This document shows positions 8,630 to 18,044 of a DNA stretch of 64,000 nt, one piece after another. Below the pieces are notes generated by a model that saw only the letters and a list, made by a program, of their open reading frames with translations, searched no databases and had not been told where the DNA came from. The position numbers and the translations under genes are program-made. Source of the DNA: a virus. Numbering within the stretch: the stretch's first letter is position 1; each line of letters opens with the position of its first letter. The stretch is from positions 1-64,000 of IMG/VR virus record IMGVR_UViG_3300045049_000339; one strand, 5' to 3'.

Positions 8630-9270
8630 GCGAAGAGAACGCCGGGACCGAGCTGTTCGATGGCCCCTTCGATTCCGACAAGGACGACCACCTCAAGGCC
8701 ATCCACCTCACCACGCTCAAGGTGCTGGAGATGGCGCTGGACCCCGACAACGAGAACGAGGACACGGCCGAGGCCAACGGCGAGGCGGCGTCCGACCTCA
8801 TGTCCTCGGTCGTGGTGAAGGGGCCGTGGGCGCTGTACACCTCCTGCCTGTCCCTGGCGCGTACCGCGCAGCGGTACGTGAGCGGGCAGATCGGTGAGGG
8901 TGACGGCACCCGCATGTGGGGCTTCATGGACATCGACGAGGACGGTGAGATCACCGACGGCTCCGACGCCGCCGAGAAGTTCGCCGCGCAGTTCCTCGTG
9001 GCGTACATGAACAACGACCCGCACCAGTGCCTGGCGCTGTACACGGTGCTGGCGGAGGGCGGTCCCGAGGTCGCCATGGACGGGCACATCGCGCTGATGG
9101 GCCAGGTGGTCACGCTGATGAGCCGGACCCTGTTCACGAAGGTGTCCGAGGGCGATCCTTTGTACGAGGAGCTGGTGGGCAAGCTGGGGCTGAACGACAA
9201 GGCTCCCGACGACGCCTCGGAGCTGGACGGCGACGCCGCCACGGAGAGCAAGGGCGAGGGCGAGGACTGA
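8626..9270 (+). CDS. hypothetical acidic protein, paralog A
   Basis: FAAQFLVAYMNND..CLAL motif shared with the next gene. Confidence 0.75.
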   Translation: MSEENAGTELFDGPFDSDKDDHLKAIHLTTLKVLEMALDPDNENEDTAEANGEAASDLMSSVVVKGPWALYTSCLSLARTAQRYVSGQIGEGDGTRMWGFMDIDEDGEITDGSDAAEKFAAQFLVAYMNNDPHQCLALYTVLAEGGPEVAMDGHIALMGQVVTLMSRTLFTKVSEGDPLYEELVGKLGLNDKAPDDASELDGDAATESKGEGED

Positions 9271-9779
9271 TGTTCAACGAGCTGTTCGACGACAATCCGT
9301 TCACGTTCAACATCGACGACCCCGAGCACCGCCGCGAGGTGGTCCGGATCACCCTCGACGCGCTGAGCGACACCAGCGAGCACAACATGGACGCCGCCGA
9401 GGAAAAGTGCCAGGAGGTGTTCGACCGGGGTCCGGATGCCGTGTACGTCTCGTGCATGGCCATCGCCGGAGCCAGCAAGAAATTCATCCTGCTGGCCCAG
9501 GGAATGGACGAGATGCCGCCGGGCGCTTTCACGGTCGTGCTGCCGCCGGTCAGGGAGTCCGAGGACGAGGACGACGTGCTGGCTCGCCGGTTCGCGGCGC
9601 AGTTCACGGCCGCGTACATGAACGACGACACCGCCACGTGCACGGCGCTGTTCGGGGCGGTCATGGCCACGGTCGACGCGCAGAAGGTCTGTGAGGCACA
9701 CGTCGCGCTGATGGAGCAGGCGCACCTCCTGATGCACAAGGCGCACGAGGCCAACCCGTTCAAGTTCTCCGCGAACTGA
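9270..9779 (+). CDS. hypothetical acidic protein, paralog B
   Basis: FAAQFTAAYMNDD..CTAL; TGATG coupling. Confidence 0.75.
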   Translation: MFNELFDDNPFTFNIDDPEHRREVVRITLDALSDTSEHNMDAAEEKCQEVFDRGPDAVYVSCMAIAGASKKFILLAQGMDEMPPGAFTVVLPPVRESEDEDDVLARRFAAQFTAAYMNDDTATCTALFGAVMATVDAQKVCEAHVALMEQAHLLMHKAHEANPFKFSAN

Positions 9780-9866
9780 GCCAACAACCGTCCGGCAACC
9801 ACTTGCCACCCCAACGATGGGGTGGTAAGCTGGTTTTCACCCAAGGAAGTTCTGAGAGGAAGCAAC

Positions 9867-10283
9867 ATGAGTGGCAAGGTCAACAAGCGGGGTTTCGCCG
9901 AGGAGATCGCCTTCGAGCACGGTCTGTCTGTGAACGAAGCGCTGTCCTTGATCGACACCTACAACAACACCCTCGTCCGGCTGCTGGTGACCGGCAAGAA
10001 CCGCGTCGGCGCCGACATCGACGGCGTCTCCATGACTGGTCTCGGCATCTTCGAGCGGGTCAAGCGCGCCGAGCGCTGGGCGCGCAACCCGCAGACCGGC
10101 GACCGGGTCAAGGTCGCCGCGATCACCGCCGTCCGGTTCCGTCCGGGGCAGGCGCTGGCCAAGATGGTCGCGGGCAAGATGGGTCTGCCGGTGGGCCGTG
10201 GCGCCGCCGCTAAGGCTCCGAAGTCCGTCCCCTCGAAGAAGGTCGCCGCCGCTTTGGCCGCTGCCTCCGAGAAGGACCAGTGA
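9867..10283 (+). CDS. hup: HU/IHF-family DNA-binding protein
   Basis: GLGIFERVKRAERWARNPQTGDRVKVAA..AVRFRPGQAL is the HU signature; Ala/Lys-rich tail. Confidence 0.9.
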   Translation: MSGKVNKRGFAEEIAFEHGLSVNEALSLIDTYNNTLVRLLVTGKNRVGADIDGVSMTGLGIFERVKRAERWARNPQTGDRVKVAAITAVRFRPGQALAKMVAGKMGLPVGRGAAAKAPKSVPSKKVAAALAAASEKDQ

Positions 10284-10591
10284 CCAAGGAACCGCTGGAG
10301 ATCGTCCTGGCCTCGGTCGCGTACCTGTGCTTCGGCGCGGCGTACGTGACCGAGAAGATGGTGTTCCCCTCGCGGGCCATCGTCTCGGAGCCGAACTGCG
10401 GCAAGGACCACGAGCACATTCCCGGTCCGCCGCGCTGGCTGCTGCACGTCGTGTACTGGTTCACCATGCTGTTCTGGTGGGGCTACGTACTCGGGGACAT
10501 CTTCAGTTGGGCCACGAACAAGCTGGTCTCGGCTATTTCCGGGAAAGACGAGAAGAGCGAAAAGGAAAAGGAGAACACGCCGGATGAGTAG
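10280..10591 (+). CDS. hypothetical membrane protein
   Basis: two hydrophobic segments, GTGA overlap. Confidence 0.6.
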   Translation: MTKEPLEIVLASVAYLCFGAAYVTEKMVFPSRAIVSEPNCGKDHEHIPGPPRWLLHVVYWFTMLFWWGYVLGDIFSWATNKLVSAISGKDEKSEKEKENTPDE

Positions 10592-10961
10592 CGCAGTGCA
10601 GGCCGAAGGGCAGCGGGCGCCGGAGATCGTCCCGATCGACCCGATGCGCGAGGGCGGTATCCGCCTGTGGCACGAGGTGGCGCGCAAGTCCGGCTCGGAC
10701 GAGTCCCGGATGGTCGGCGACCTCCTCGACGCGCTCGACCGGCAGCGGCAGATCATGCAGTCCCTGCGCACGGAGCTGTCCGTGCACGAACGGCGTGTCC
10801 GCGTCGGCCGGATCTCCACGCTCACCGGGCCGGAGGAGGAGATGCTGAAGTTCTGCATCGACGCCGGTTCCCAGGTCGTGAGCAACGCCCCGGAGTCCTT
10901 CTCCGAGGCCGACCACAAGGCGCTCACGTACCTGCGCGAGACGTTCGGCATCAGCGCGTGA
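10584..10961 (+). CDS. hypothetical protein
   Basis: RBS, codon bias. Confidence 0.65.
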   Translation: MSSAVQAEGQRAPEIVPIDPMREGGIRLWHEVARKSGSDESRMVGDLLDALDRQRQIMQSLRTELSVHERRVRVGRISTLTGPEEEMLKFCIDAGSQVVSNAPESFSEADHKALTYLRETFGISA

Positions 10962-11224
10962 ACAAGATGACCGAAGCCGAGGAACAGGTGATCCTCACGG
11001 CCGTCCAGTTCATCATGCGGGCGATGGCCTTCAGGGGCCGTTTCATGACCAAGGACGACTTCGTCGAGGTCTTCACCCGTGAGGAGCTGGTCGAGTTCAA
11101 GGACGCCCTTGACGCCGCCGACCGGATGGTCTCCGGTTCCGACGAGCTGGACGCCTACCTGCGGGGCGTCCTGGCGCAGTCCCGCCGGATGCTCAAAGAG
11201 ATCCTCGAAGACGGTAGTGGATGA
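10958..11224 (+). CDS. hypothetical protein
   Basis: GTGA overlap, codon bias. Confidence 0.6.
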   Translation: MNKMTEAEEQVILTAVQFIMRAMAFRGRFMTKDDFVEVFTREELVEFKDALDAADRMVSGSDELDAYLRGVLAQSRRMLKEILEDGSG

Positions 11225-11346
11225 ATGACCCCGGCCGGATCGTTCCCGCGCCGCTGCCGAGGAAGCCGGTGCCGGGTCCGTCGACATCGGACCTGTAGGA
11301 CCGTAAGCTGTAGTACACAAGAAACACCCGGAAAGAGGTAGGAAAA

Positions 11347-11820
11347 ATGTCGGTCGAACCCGGTCAGACGTTCATTGAGTGCGGCGTTCCGCTGGAGCAC
11401 CGCAGCCGCCGACGGATCAAGGTCAAGGCGGTCTTCCCGTATGGCTCTGACTGGGTTCCGGCCGGGATGGCGTTCATCACCACCCTGGAACAGACCAGCA
11501 ACGGGGAGCGGGAGATCCGGCTTCGCGCCGCCCAGATTTCCGACCTGCATGACAATCCCCTCAACCAGTACGGCGCTCCGCGCCGCTCCGGCTATCTGCT
11601 GGAGACGGCGTACCCGGAGTGGAAGCCGGTGTGGAACTACGGCGCGTACGAGCACGCGGTGCGAGCCGTCCCCTCGGATTCCTTCAAGGACATGGTCGAG
11701 GCCGCCTGTGGGGGCCGCTGGCGCGCTGCCACATACAAGCCGGACCAGAAGGATTACCCGCAGTGCCCGAGCTGTGTGGCGGCGCTGGAGAGCTTTCTCA
11801 GCAACGTGGAAACGCGGTGA
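11347..11820 (+). CDS. hypothetical protein with C-terminal zinc-binding motif
   Basis: EHAV...AACG...CPSC. Confidence 0.7.
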   Translation: MSVEPGQTFIECGVPLEHRSRRRIKVKAVFPYGSDWVPAGMAFITTLEQTSNGEREIRLRAAQISDLHDNPLNQYGAPRRSGYLLETAYPEWKPVWNYGAYEHAVRAVPSDSFKDMVEAACGGRWRAATYKPDQKDYPQCPSCVAALESFLSNVETR

Positions 11821-12092
11821 ACGACTTCCTGCCGGTGGAGATTCCCGGCGATGGAACGTGCACGTACAACGATTACACGGCGGGGGTGAACAAGATCCTC
11901 CTGCTCCAGCTCCAGCGCCCTGAGAAGACGCGCTGGCGCCGTGGTCAGACGTACATGAACTTGCTGTGGATGGCACGCCGGGACCTGTACGACCAGGTCA
12001 CCAATACCGGCCTCGACCCGTTTTATGTCGAGGAGCACGTTCCGGCATTCCTCGACTGGCTCGCCGCGAATTGGGGCGACCAGGATGAATGA
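11817..12092 (+). CDS. hypothetical protein
   Basis: RRGQTYMNLL...LDPFY pattern; GTGA overlap. Confidence 0.65.
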   Translation: MNDFLPVEIPGDGTCTYNDYTAGVNKILLLQLQRPEKTRWRRGQTYMNLLWMARRDLYDQVTNTGLDPFYVEEHVPAFLDWLAANWGDQDE

Positions 12093-12345
12093 CGCCGAAT
12101 ACTGGCGTGGAAAGGCCGAGCGCTATCGTCTCGCGTGGCTTTCCGCGAAGCGCGGACGGGCTGCCTGGTTCAAGCTCTACATCGAGCTGATCAACCACTA
12201 CAGCGACCGGCGTGGACTGCGGTACCTGAACCTGGCCCGTGAGCACTCCAAGACGATTCGGCGGCTGACCGAGGAATTGCGGGACTACCGCCTCGCCGCC
12301 TCGGAAGCGGAAGGCGAGAAGGCCCGTGATGCGCCATCTGGGTGA
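12085..12345 (+). CDS. hypothetical protein
   Basis: AERYRLAWLSAKRGR pattern, overlapping start. Confidence 0.6.
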   Translation: MNDAEYWRGKAERYRLAWLSAKRGRAAWFKLYIELINHYSDRRGLRYLNLAREHSKTIRRLTEELRDYRLAASEAEGEKARDAPSG

Positions 12346-12513
12346 ATTCCTCAAGCGGATCTTCGGACTCCAGATGTGCGGCCGGTGCGCACACCCGAAG
12401 ATCGTTCATGAGCGGAACAGGCTGCTTGACGAGATGGCCTGTTTGAGTTGTAAAATGGGTTCCAGCATCCACCCCTTCGAGGAGATGCTGAACAGATCGG
12501 AGAGGAACAGGAA

Positions 12514-13035
12514 ATGAACGAGAGCAGCGAGATCCACTACGTCACGGGTGACGCGACGCAACCGATCGGTGACGGCCCCAAGGTGATCGCGCACGTCTGC
12601 AACGACGTCGGCGCCTGGGGAGCCGGGTTCGTCCTCGCCCTGTCGGCGCGGGACCGGCGCCCGGAGGCGCAGTACCGGCGCCACGTCACCGGCGCCGACG
12701 ACTCGTCCCTGCTGGGCTACACCTACTTCGGCCCGTTTGACCCGTCGGGCCAGGAGGGGGAGAACACGGGTGTGGACGTGGCCAACATGGTCGCCCAGCG
12801 CGGCTTCAAGACGGTCCTGAACGACGTTCCGCTGGACTACAAGGCCCTGCGCGTCTGTCTGGACGGCGTCGGCTTCTACGCCGCCGAGAAGGGCGCCACG
12901 GTCCACATGCCCCGCATTGGCTGCGGCCTGGGTGGTGGCAAGTGGGAGACCGTCGAGGAGGCGATTCTCGCCATCCTGGTCGACGTCTACGGCCTCGACG
13001 TGTACGTGTACGACCTTCCGCAGGCGGCTTCCTGA
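12514..13035 (+). CDS. macrodomain protein (ADP-ribose hydrolase, TARG1/DarG/Poa1-like)
   Basis: IHYVTGDAT...IAHVCNDVGAWGAGF...HMPRIGCGLGGGKW. Confidence 0.9.
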   Translation: MNESSEIHYVTGDATQPIGDGPKVIAHVCNDVGAWGAGFVLALSARDRRPEAQYRRHVTGADDSSLLGYTYFGPFDPSGQEGENTGVDVANMVAQRGFKTVLNDVPLDYKALRVCLDGVGFYAAEKGATVHMPRIGCGLGGGKWETVEEAILAILVDVYGLDVYVYDLPQAAS

Positions 13036-13241
13036 TGCCCGCCGACAAGTGCGAGGTGTGCGGCGAGCCGATCCGTGCCTGGCAGCGCTGGGAGGAGTTC
13101 GACGTCGGCACGCTGATCGGCTCCACGCTCAAGGTCTGGGCGCACTCCAAGTGCGCCACGCTGAAGAACAGCACCGCCATTCACATGCGTTCCGGACACA
13201 AGCGCACCATGCTGTGCTCCGTTCTGGGGTGTGCGAACTAG
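13035..13241 (+). CDS. small zinc-finger-like protein
   Basis: CEVC...HSKC; TGATG coupling. Confidence 0.55.
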   Translation: MPADKCEVCGEPIRAWQRWEEFDVGTLIGSTLKVWAHSKCATLKNSTAIHMRSGHKRTMLCSVLGCAN

Positions 13242-13435
13242 TGAAGATCGTGCTGCTCACGTGTCGATTCTGCGACAAGGCTATTCTCCCCCTCGCGAAG
13301 ACGATCACGATGCGCAAGGAAGACGTCCGGATCGTCGTCCACCTCAAGTGCATGGACGACGCGGCAAGCAAGCGGTACGCCACTCCGCACAGGTGCAGCG
13401 TGGCGTGTGAGTTTCTTCCGTGCCCGTACCAGTGA
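13241..13435 (+). CDS. small zinc-finger-like protein
   Basis: CRFC...HLKC. Confidence 0.5.
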   Translation: MKIVLLTCRFCDKAILPLAKTITMRKEDVRIVVHLKCMDDAASKRYATPHRCSVACEFLPCPYQ

Positions 13436-13446
13436 AAGGAACAGGA

Positions 13447-13719
13447 ATGTCCAAGCTCAGCCCGCCCGACAAGCCGTGCCACGACTCGATCCACTGCGTC
13501 AACTGGAACTTCTGCCGCAAGTGCGCGCCGGACTACTCCCTCGCCGTGCTGGACGCGTACACCCGTAAGGGCCGCCGGACCTCCGGCGCCTACGAGGAGG
13601 CCATCGCCGAGGTCAACGGCCAGATCGCCGAGGCGCACCACGAGGCCGACGAGGCGGACGAGAAGTTCCAGACGGCCGTGCACGAACTGGCCGCGCACAG
13701 CAATCCTCCCGAGGGGTAG
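13447..13719 (+). CDS. hypothetical protein
   Basis: RBS; CHDSIHC...CRKC. Confidence 0.6.
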   Translation: MSKLSPPDKPCHDSIHCVNWNFCRKCAPDYSLAVLDAYTRKGRRTSGAYEEAIAEVNGQIAEAHHEADEADEKFQTAVHELAAHSNPPEG

Positions 13720-13721
13720 CC

Positions 13722-14300
13722 ATGGAGCCGGAGCGGAAATTCGCGTGGGGGACACATGAATCGGGCCTGAAGGTCCGTGGGATTCCGGAGGCGGAATTCC
13801 ATGTCCTGATCGGCTTGTGCAGTGGAATGTCCATCGAGGAGATCGCCAGCAGGATGATGGTGACCGTCCACACGGTTCGTTCGCACAAGTCCCGCCTTTT
13901 CGCCCGGCTGAATGCGCACACGGGTCACCAGGCGATCGTGTCGGCCTGGCGTCGGGACGTCCTGCACACCTGCCCGGTGTGCAGGCGTACCAAGGACGAC
14001 GATGCGCCCGTGGTGGAACTCGAAGAGATCAAGGTGCCTCCGAAGGCGCGCGAGGTCGATGGGCTCAAACTAACCAAGCGTCTGGGCCAGGTTCTCCGGA
14101 TGCTCGCCAGAGGCATGAGCAATCTGGAAATCGGGAAGGCTCTGGGAGTTTCCGAAATCACGATCAAGACGCACGTCCGGCTTCTCTTCGCCGCGCTGAG
14201 CCCTTTCGTCGAGGGCGGCGTGCACGACCGGGCGCACGCCGTGGCTGTTGCCTATGAGCTGGAACTGCTCAGGGTCGGGGACACGCCGGTTTCGTCGTAG
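13722..14300 (+). CDS. tandem LuxR-type HTH transcriptional regulator
   Basis: two LuxR HTHs: GMSIEEIASRM.VTVHTVRSH and LTKRLGQVLRMLARGMSNLEIGKALGVSEITIKTHV. Confidence 0.85.
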   Translation: MEPERKFAWGTHESGLKVRGIPEAEFHVLIGLCSGMSIEEIASRMMVTVHTVRSHKSRLFARLNAHTGHQAIVSAWRRDVLHTCPVCRRTKDDDAPVVELEEIKVPPKAREVDGLKLTKRLGQVLRMLARGMSNLEIGKALGVSEITIKTHVRLLFAALSPFVEGGVHDRAHAVAVAYELELLRVGDTPVSS

Positions 14301-14322
14301 GCAGGAAAGAGGTACGCAGGTT

Positions 14323-14874
14323 ATGTCCGACATGATCATCGAAGCTCCGTGGACCGAGGATCAGGTGGCCGCGCTGAACGCCTTCCAGGTGTCCGGCGTC
14401 ATGCACCCGTTCACCTGCGAGAATGATCACGAGCTGCACCAGACACTGATCGCGGAACGGGACGGCTGGCACTGCCCCGATCCGGAGTGTTCGTTCACGC
14501 AGAACTGGGCGCTGTCGGTGATGGCCGACCGGGAGCTGGTGCGTCGCACCAGGCACACCCAGGCCGTCATGTGGGGGCCTGCGGCGTACGCCAAGGACCC
14601 CATGGCGGACGAGAACAGGCGGCTCCGTGAGGAGCTGCGGGCCACCCAGGACGACCTCGCGGATACCCGTGCGCGGGTCGGCACCCTGGAGCAGCAGAAC
14701 CGGGCTCTGCGTATCGTTCTGTCGCGTGTCACCCAGATCCAGAAGGCTGGTCACTCCCCCTCGGTGCCGGACACCGCCGGGGAGTGCGACGCCTCGTGGG
14801 TGCTGCTGGACAGCAGCCGCCACGTCGAGGACAACTTCCTTCCCGAGGAAGATGAGTTGGACAACTGCGACTAA
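14323..14874 (+). CDS. hypothetical protein with zinc ribbon and coiled coil
   Basis: PWTEDQVAALNAFQ...HPFTC...GWHCP..C. Confidence 0.7.
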   Translation: MSDMIIEAPWTEDQVAALNAFQVSGVMHPFTCENDHELHQTLIAERDGWHCPDPECSFTQNWALSVMADRELVRRTRHTQAVMWGPAAYAKDPMADENRRLREELRATQDDLADTRARVGTLEQQNRALRIVLSRVTQIQKAGHSPSVPDTAGECDASWVLLDSSRHVEDNFLPEEDELDNCD

Positions 14875-14915
14875 CCGTGCTACCTTTAAGTCAGGAAGCA
14901 CGGGAGAGGAAGAAA

Positions 14916-15431
14916 TTGAGCAAGCGAGGTCCGCAGACCCCACGTGTTTGGTCCGACCGGTGGATTCGCGTCCAGGAGGACTACTGGCGCCCCAGGCGCT
15001 GGCAGCCGGTCCTGGACGACGATGGCAGCCCGGTCGTGGACGAGGAGGGCAACCAGGTCAGGGAGTACGACCTGGATCGGAGTGTCCCGGCCACGTACGA
15101 GCCGCCGCAGTCCATGTGGAAGCGGATCGCCCGGCACAACAAGGAACGTGCCCAGAAGGGCTATTCCGTCTACGACTGGTGGTCCTTCGATACCTTCGTG
15201 TGCGGCCTGATCGCCAACGCCTGCCGCGATTTCCGCCTGATCGGTCATGGCCATCCCGGCGACATGACCGAGGAGGAATGGAACGCCTATCTCCTCGAAA
15301 TCGAGGAGCCGCTGCGGGTGTGGGCCGAGGAGAAATTCGACCTGCACGGCGACGAGGAAATGGCGGCGTACAGGGCGGCGCAGGAAGCGATGGCCAAGTT
15401 CACCGCCCGCCTCGGTTACATGTGGGACTAG
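14916..15431 (+). CDS. hypothetical protein
   Basis: TTG start after GAGAGGA; codon bias; C-terminal MWD. Confidence 0.65.
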   Translation: MSKRGPQTPRVWSDRWIRVQEDYWRPRRWQPVLDDDGSPVVDEEGNQVREYDLDRSVPATYEPPQSMWKRIARHNKERAQKGYSVYDWWSFDTFVCGLIANACRDFRLIGHGHPGDMTEEEWNAYLLEIEEPLRVWAEEKFDLHGDEEMAAYRAAQEAMAKFTARLGYMWD

Positions 15432-15440
15432 GAGCAGCGC

Positions 15441-15626
15441 ATGGCGAGCAAGCAGGAGCAAGACTTCATCAAGGTCTCGAACAAGTCCGGTGGCCCCTGC
15501 CTGATGGGGCAGGATCACAACTTCAAGGTGATCTCCGCCTCGGACCCGTTCAGCAACGAGCTGTTCATCGAGATCGTCTGTCTCGGCTGCGGCGCGCGTA
15601 ACCGGGCGAAGAGGAAAGGCGAGTAA
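15441..15626 (+). CDS. small hypothetical protein
   Basis: RBS AGGAG; CLGC. Confidence 0.55.
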   Translation: MASKQEQDFIKVSNKSGGPCLMGQDHNFKVISASDPFSNELFIEIVCLGCGARNRAKRKGE

Positions 15627-15971
15627 CACGTACAGCCAACGCAACCACCTGACGTGCAATGGCTACGAGGCGATCGGAAACGTTTGTCAGTGCTGCTGCA
15701 ATGGCTGCCTGTACAACTGCGACGTGCACGATCCTGATCACGGCAATTGCGCGAAGCCCCGTCGGATCTGGTTTTCCGGCGGTATGGACATTCCGTGGTG
15801 GAAGCCGTTCATCCTCGGAAGCGACGAGTTCTGCAATCGGACCGTCGGTCTCAAGGTTCCAGGGGGAGCGATTCTTCTGAACCTGAATCCCAGAATGCGC
15901 ACCGAGACGTGCGACAACTGTCTGGACGAGACGCGTCCGGCTATTCCGCGTCTCCCATAGGAACTAGGAAA

Positions 15972-16346
15972 GTGGTACTCATAAACAAGAACCTCGTCCC
16001 GGCCGCCGCGCTGGCGGCGTCCATCCTGGGCCTCGCCGCGTGCGGCGCCGACGTCCGGCACGGCACCATCGTCGACATGAGCTTCTCGCCCGGCTACTTC
16101 ACGCACTACCAGAGCGCCAGATACGGGAGCAAGTGCGTCACGCGCGGCGGCTACGTCGGCACGGGAACCCAGCGCCGGTACGTGACGAGCCGGTCCTGCG
16201 CCCGTGTGGTAATCGGCTACAGCACGGTCACCTCGTACGTGCCGCCGGTCTACGCGCTGGAGCTGAAGGACGCCAAGGGCAACAAGGGCTGGGTCGACGT
16301 GACCCGTGACCAGTACAGCTCCGTCCACGATGGGATGCAGTGGTGA
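15972..16346 (+). CDS. putative lipoprotein
   Basis: hydrophobic signal ending in the lipobox LAAC-G. Confidence 0.65.
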   Translation: MVLINKNLVPAAALAASILGLAACGADVRHGTIVDMSFSPGYFTHYQSARYGSKCVTRGGYVGTGTQRRYVTSRSCARVVIGYSTVTSYVPPVYALELKDAKGNKGWVDVTRDQYSSVHDGMQW

Positions 16347-16708
16347 GTGCAACGGTCGAGCGTGAGTACGTCCGCGTCGAGGTCACGGCGCACCGCACGC
16401 CGGACCATCGTTCGCGCACGGAGGTGTTCGAGATCCACGTCAAGGACATCGGCTGCACCATGGGTGTGACGGTGATCTGGGAGCGGTTCTACCACCACTT
16501 CCGGCCCGGCACCGGCCACTACGACGTGGCTGTGGCCACTGCCAAGCGCATGATCTGCGAGGCGCTGGACAAGGCCGTCACCGACGGCGGGGGCATGACG
16601 ATCGCCGCGTTCAACTCCTGCTTCCGCGAGGTGATGGAGGCGGAGGAGCACTGCCGCCCCTGGGACGGCAAGCCGATCGAGACCAGCACGGACGTTGGCT
16701 TCGCGTGA
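16343..16708 (+). CDS. hypothetical protein
   Basis: GTGA overlap, codon bias. Confidence 0.65.
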   Translation: MSATVEREYVRVEVTAHRTPDHRSRTEVFEIHVKDIGCTMGVTVIWERFYHHFRPGTGHYDVAVATAKRMICEALDKAVTDGGGMTIAAFNSCFREVMEAEEHCRPWDGKPIETSTDVGFA

Positions 16709-16709
16709 T

Positions 16710-16762
16710 CAGAAGCGGGAGCGTGTCGCGCAGTTGACACACGCTCCCGCTTCTGTCATGCT
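16710..16762 (+). promoter_or_regulatory. promoter embedded in a 17-bp inverted repeat
   Basis: cagaagcgggagcgtgt...acacgctcccgcttctg overlaps TTGACA(16734)-N17-CATGCT. Confidence 0.65.
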
Positions 16763-16793
16763 GGTGGAACAAGGAACGAGAGAGGAAACGGCG

Positions 16794-17120
16794 ATGGAAA
16801 GCAAAGTCCTCAGTGACGTCCTGGAACGGGACATCGAGATCCATGACGGTCCGGACGTCTGGACGGACAGCGGCAAGAGTAAGATCCAGGCGCAGACGCT
16901 GTCCGTGCGCTGGCTGGACCTGGGCGTCGGCACCGAGGATGGTCGCTGGATGATCGCCTCGATCGACGTCCACGGCCAGATCCGGTCCAAGGTGACCGGC
17001 GGTCTCACCTCGAAGTCGGGACGGGCGTGCTACAACGACCCTGAGCAGAACTGCCCGAAGGAACTGCTTGCCGAGGCACGGAAGCACGCGCCCGGCCGCA
17101 TCTGGAACCTCCGAGACTAG
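16794..17120 (+). CDS. hypothetical protein
   Basis: RBS GAGGA. Confidence 0.7.
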   Translation: MESKVLSDVLERDIEIHDGPDVWTDSGKSKIQAQTLSVRWLDLGVGTEDGRWMIASIDVHGQIRSKVTGGLTSKSGRACYNDPEQNCPKELLAEARKHAPGRIWNLRD

Positions 17121-17129
17121 GAGCAGTAC

Positions 17130-17351
17130 GTGTGCGGAATGTGCCCCGACGTAATCGCGAGCTGCGATCAGATTGAATGCGGCGCGCGGTCGCCGATCGA
17201 CGAGAACGGGAAGCGGCGATCCCGGTGGATGCATCACTTCACCTACGGCACGATTCCGTGTAGGCATGTGCTGGAACGACACGGCGCCAAGTGCGCCATT
17301 CGAAACGGCGACGACTGCGACTGCTTCAATGACGGAAAGGAAGACGAGTGA
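17130..17351 (+). CDS. Cys-rich small protein
   Basis: RBS AGGAG; several Cys. Confidence 0.5.
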   Translation: MCGMCPDVIASCDQIECGARSPIDENGKRRSRWMHHFTYGTIPCRHVLERHGAKCAIRNGDDCDCFNDGKEDE

Positions 17352-17671
17352 ACGACGAGACCCCGAAGCACTTCACTGGCCAGCCGATGGCCGAGTCCTG
17401 CGAGACGACTGATTTCTTCGAGGGCGAAACGATCTACCGGGAGCAGGCCAGGAACCGGCCCCAGCTCGCCGACGCCCTCAAGGGCCAGTTCTGGTGCGCG
17501 GCATCGTTCGTGCACCCCTCGACCGGCATTCTGACGGCGACCGGCGTGTACCGCAGCGCCGACAACCGTCCGTGGAACCCCTACCCCGTCCACTTCGTGC
17601 TGACGAATTGGAAGGACGGCTGGGACGAGATCGGAAAGGGGAAGCCCGGCTATGGCTCGGAAGCAGTCTGA
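17348..17671 (+). CDS. hypothetical protein
   Basis: GTGA overlap, codon bias. Confidence 0.65.
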   Translation: MNDETPKHFTGQPMAESCETTDFFEGETIYREQARNRPQLADALKGQFWCAASFVHPSTGILTATGVYRSADNRPWNPYPVHFVLTNWKDGWDEIGKGKPGYGSEAV

Positions 17672-18044
17672 GCTGACTCAGCAGAAGAATGTCGCCGCCC
17701 GTGTTCTCCCGAACATGGAAGCCAACCTGGACTTCCTCGACATGGGCGAGTGGGCCAGCGGCGAGGTCGGTCCCGACGACGATCCGGCCGCCTGCGGCAC
17801 CGCGCTGTGCGCGGCCGGATGGACGGCCCACGAGCTGGGCTGGACCGTTTACGCGGACGGCTCTGCCCACCACCCCACTCAGGGCTGGGACGAGGTCTTT
17901 GGCGTCGCCATGGACGCCCTGTGCCTGAGCAACCGTGAGGCTGGCCTGTTGTTCTACAGCTCGCCAAAGACGGCCATCCGGGTGTTCCGTGAGATGGCCG
18001 CCGGGAACGAAATCTCCGAGGAGATGATCCGCCGTGCTGACTGA
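17652..18044 (+). CDS. hypothetical protein (CGTxxCxAGW family)
   Basis: ACGTALCAAGWTA motif. Confidence 0.7.
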   Translation: MARKQSELTQQKNVAARVLPNMEANLDFLDMGEWASGEVGPDDDPAACGTALCAAGWTAHELGWTVYADGSAHHPTQGWDEVFGVAMDALCLSNREAGLLFYSSPKTAIRVFREMAAGNEISEEMIRRAD

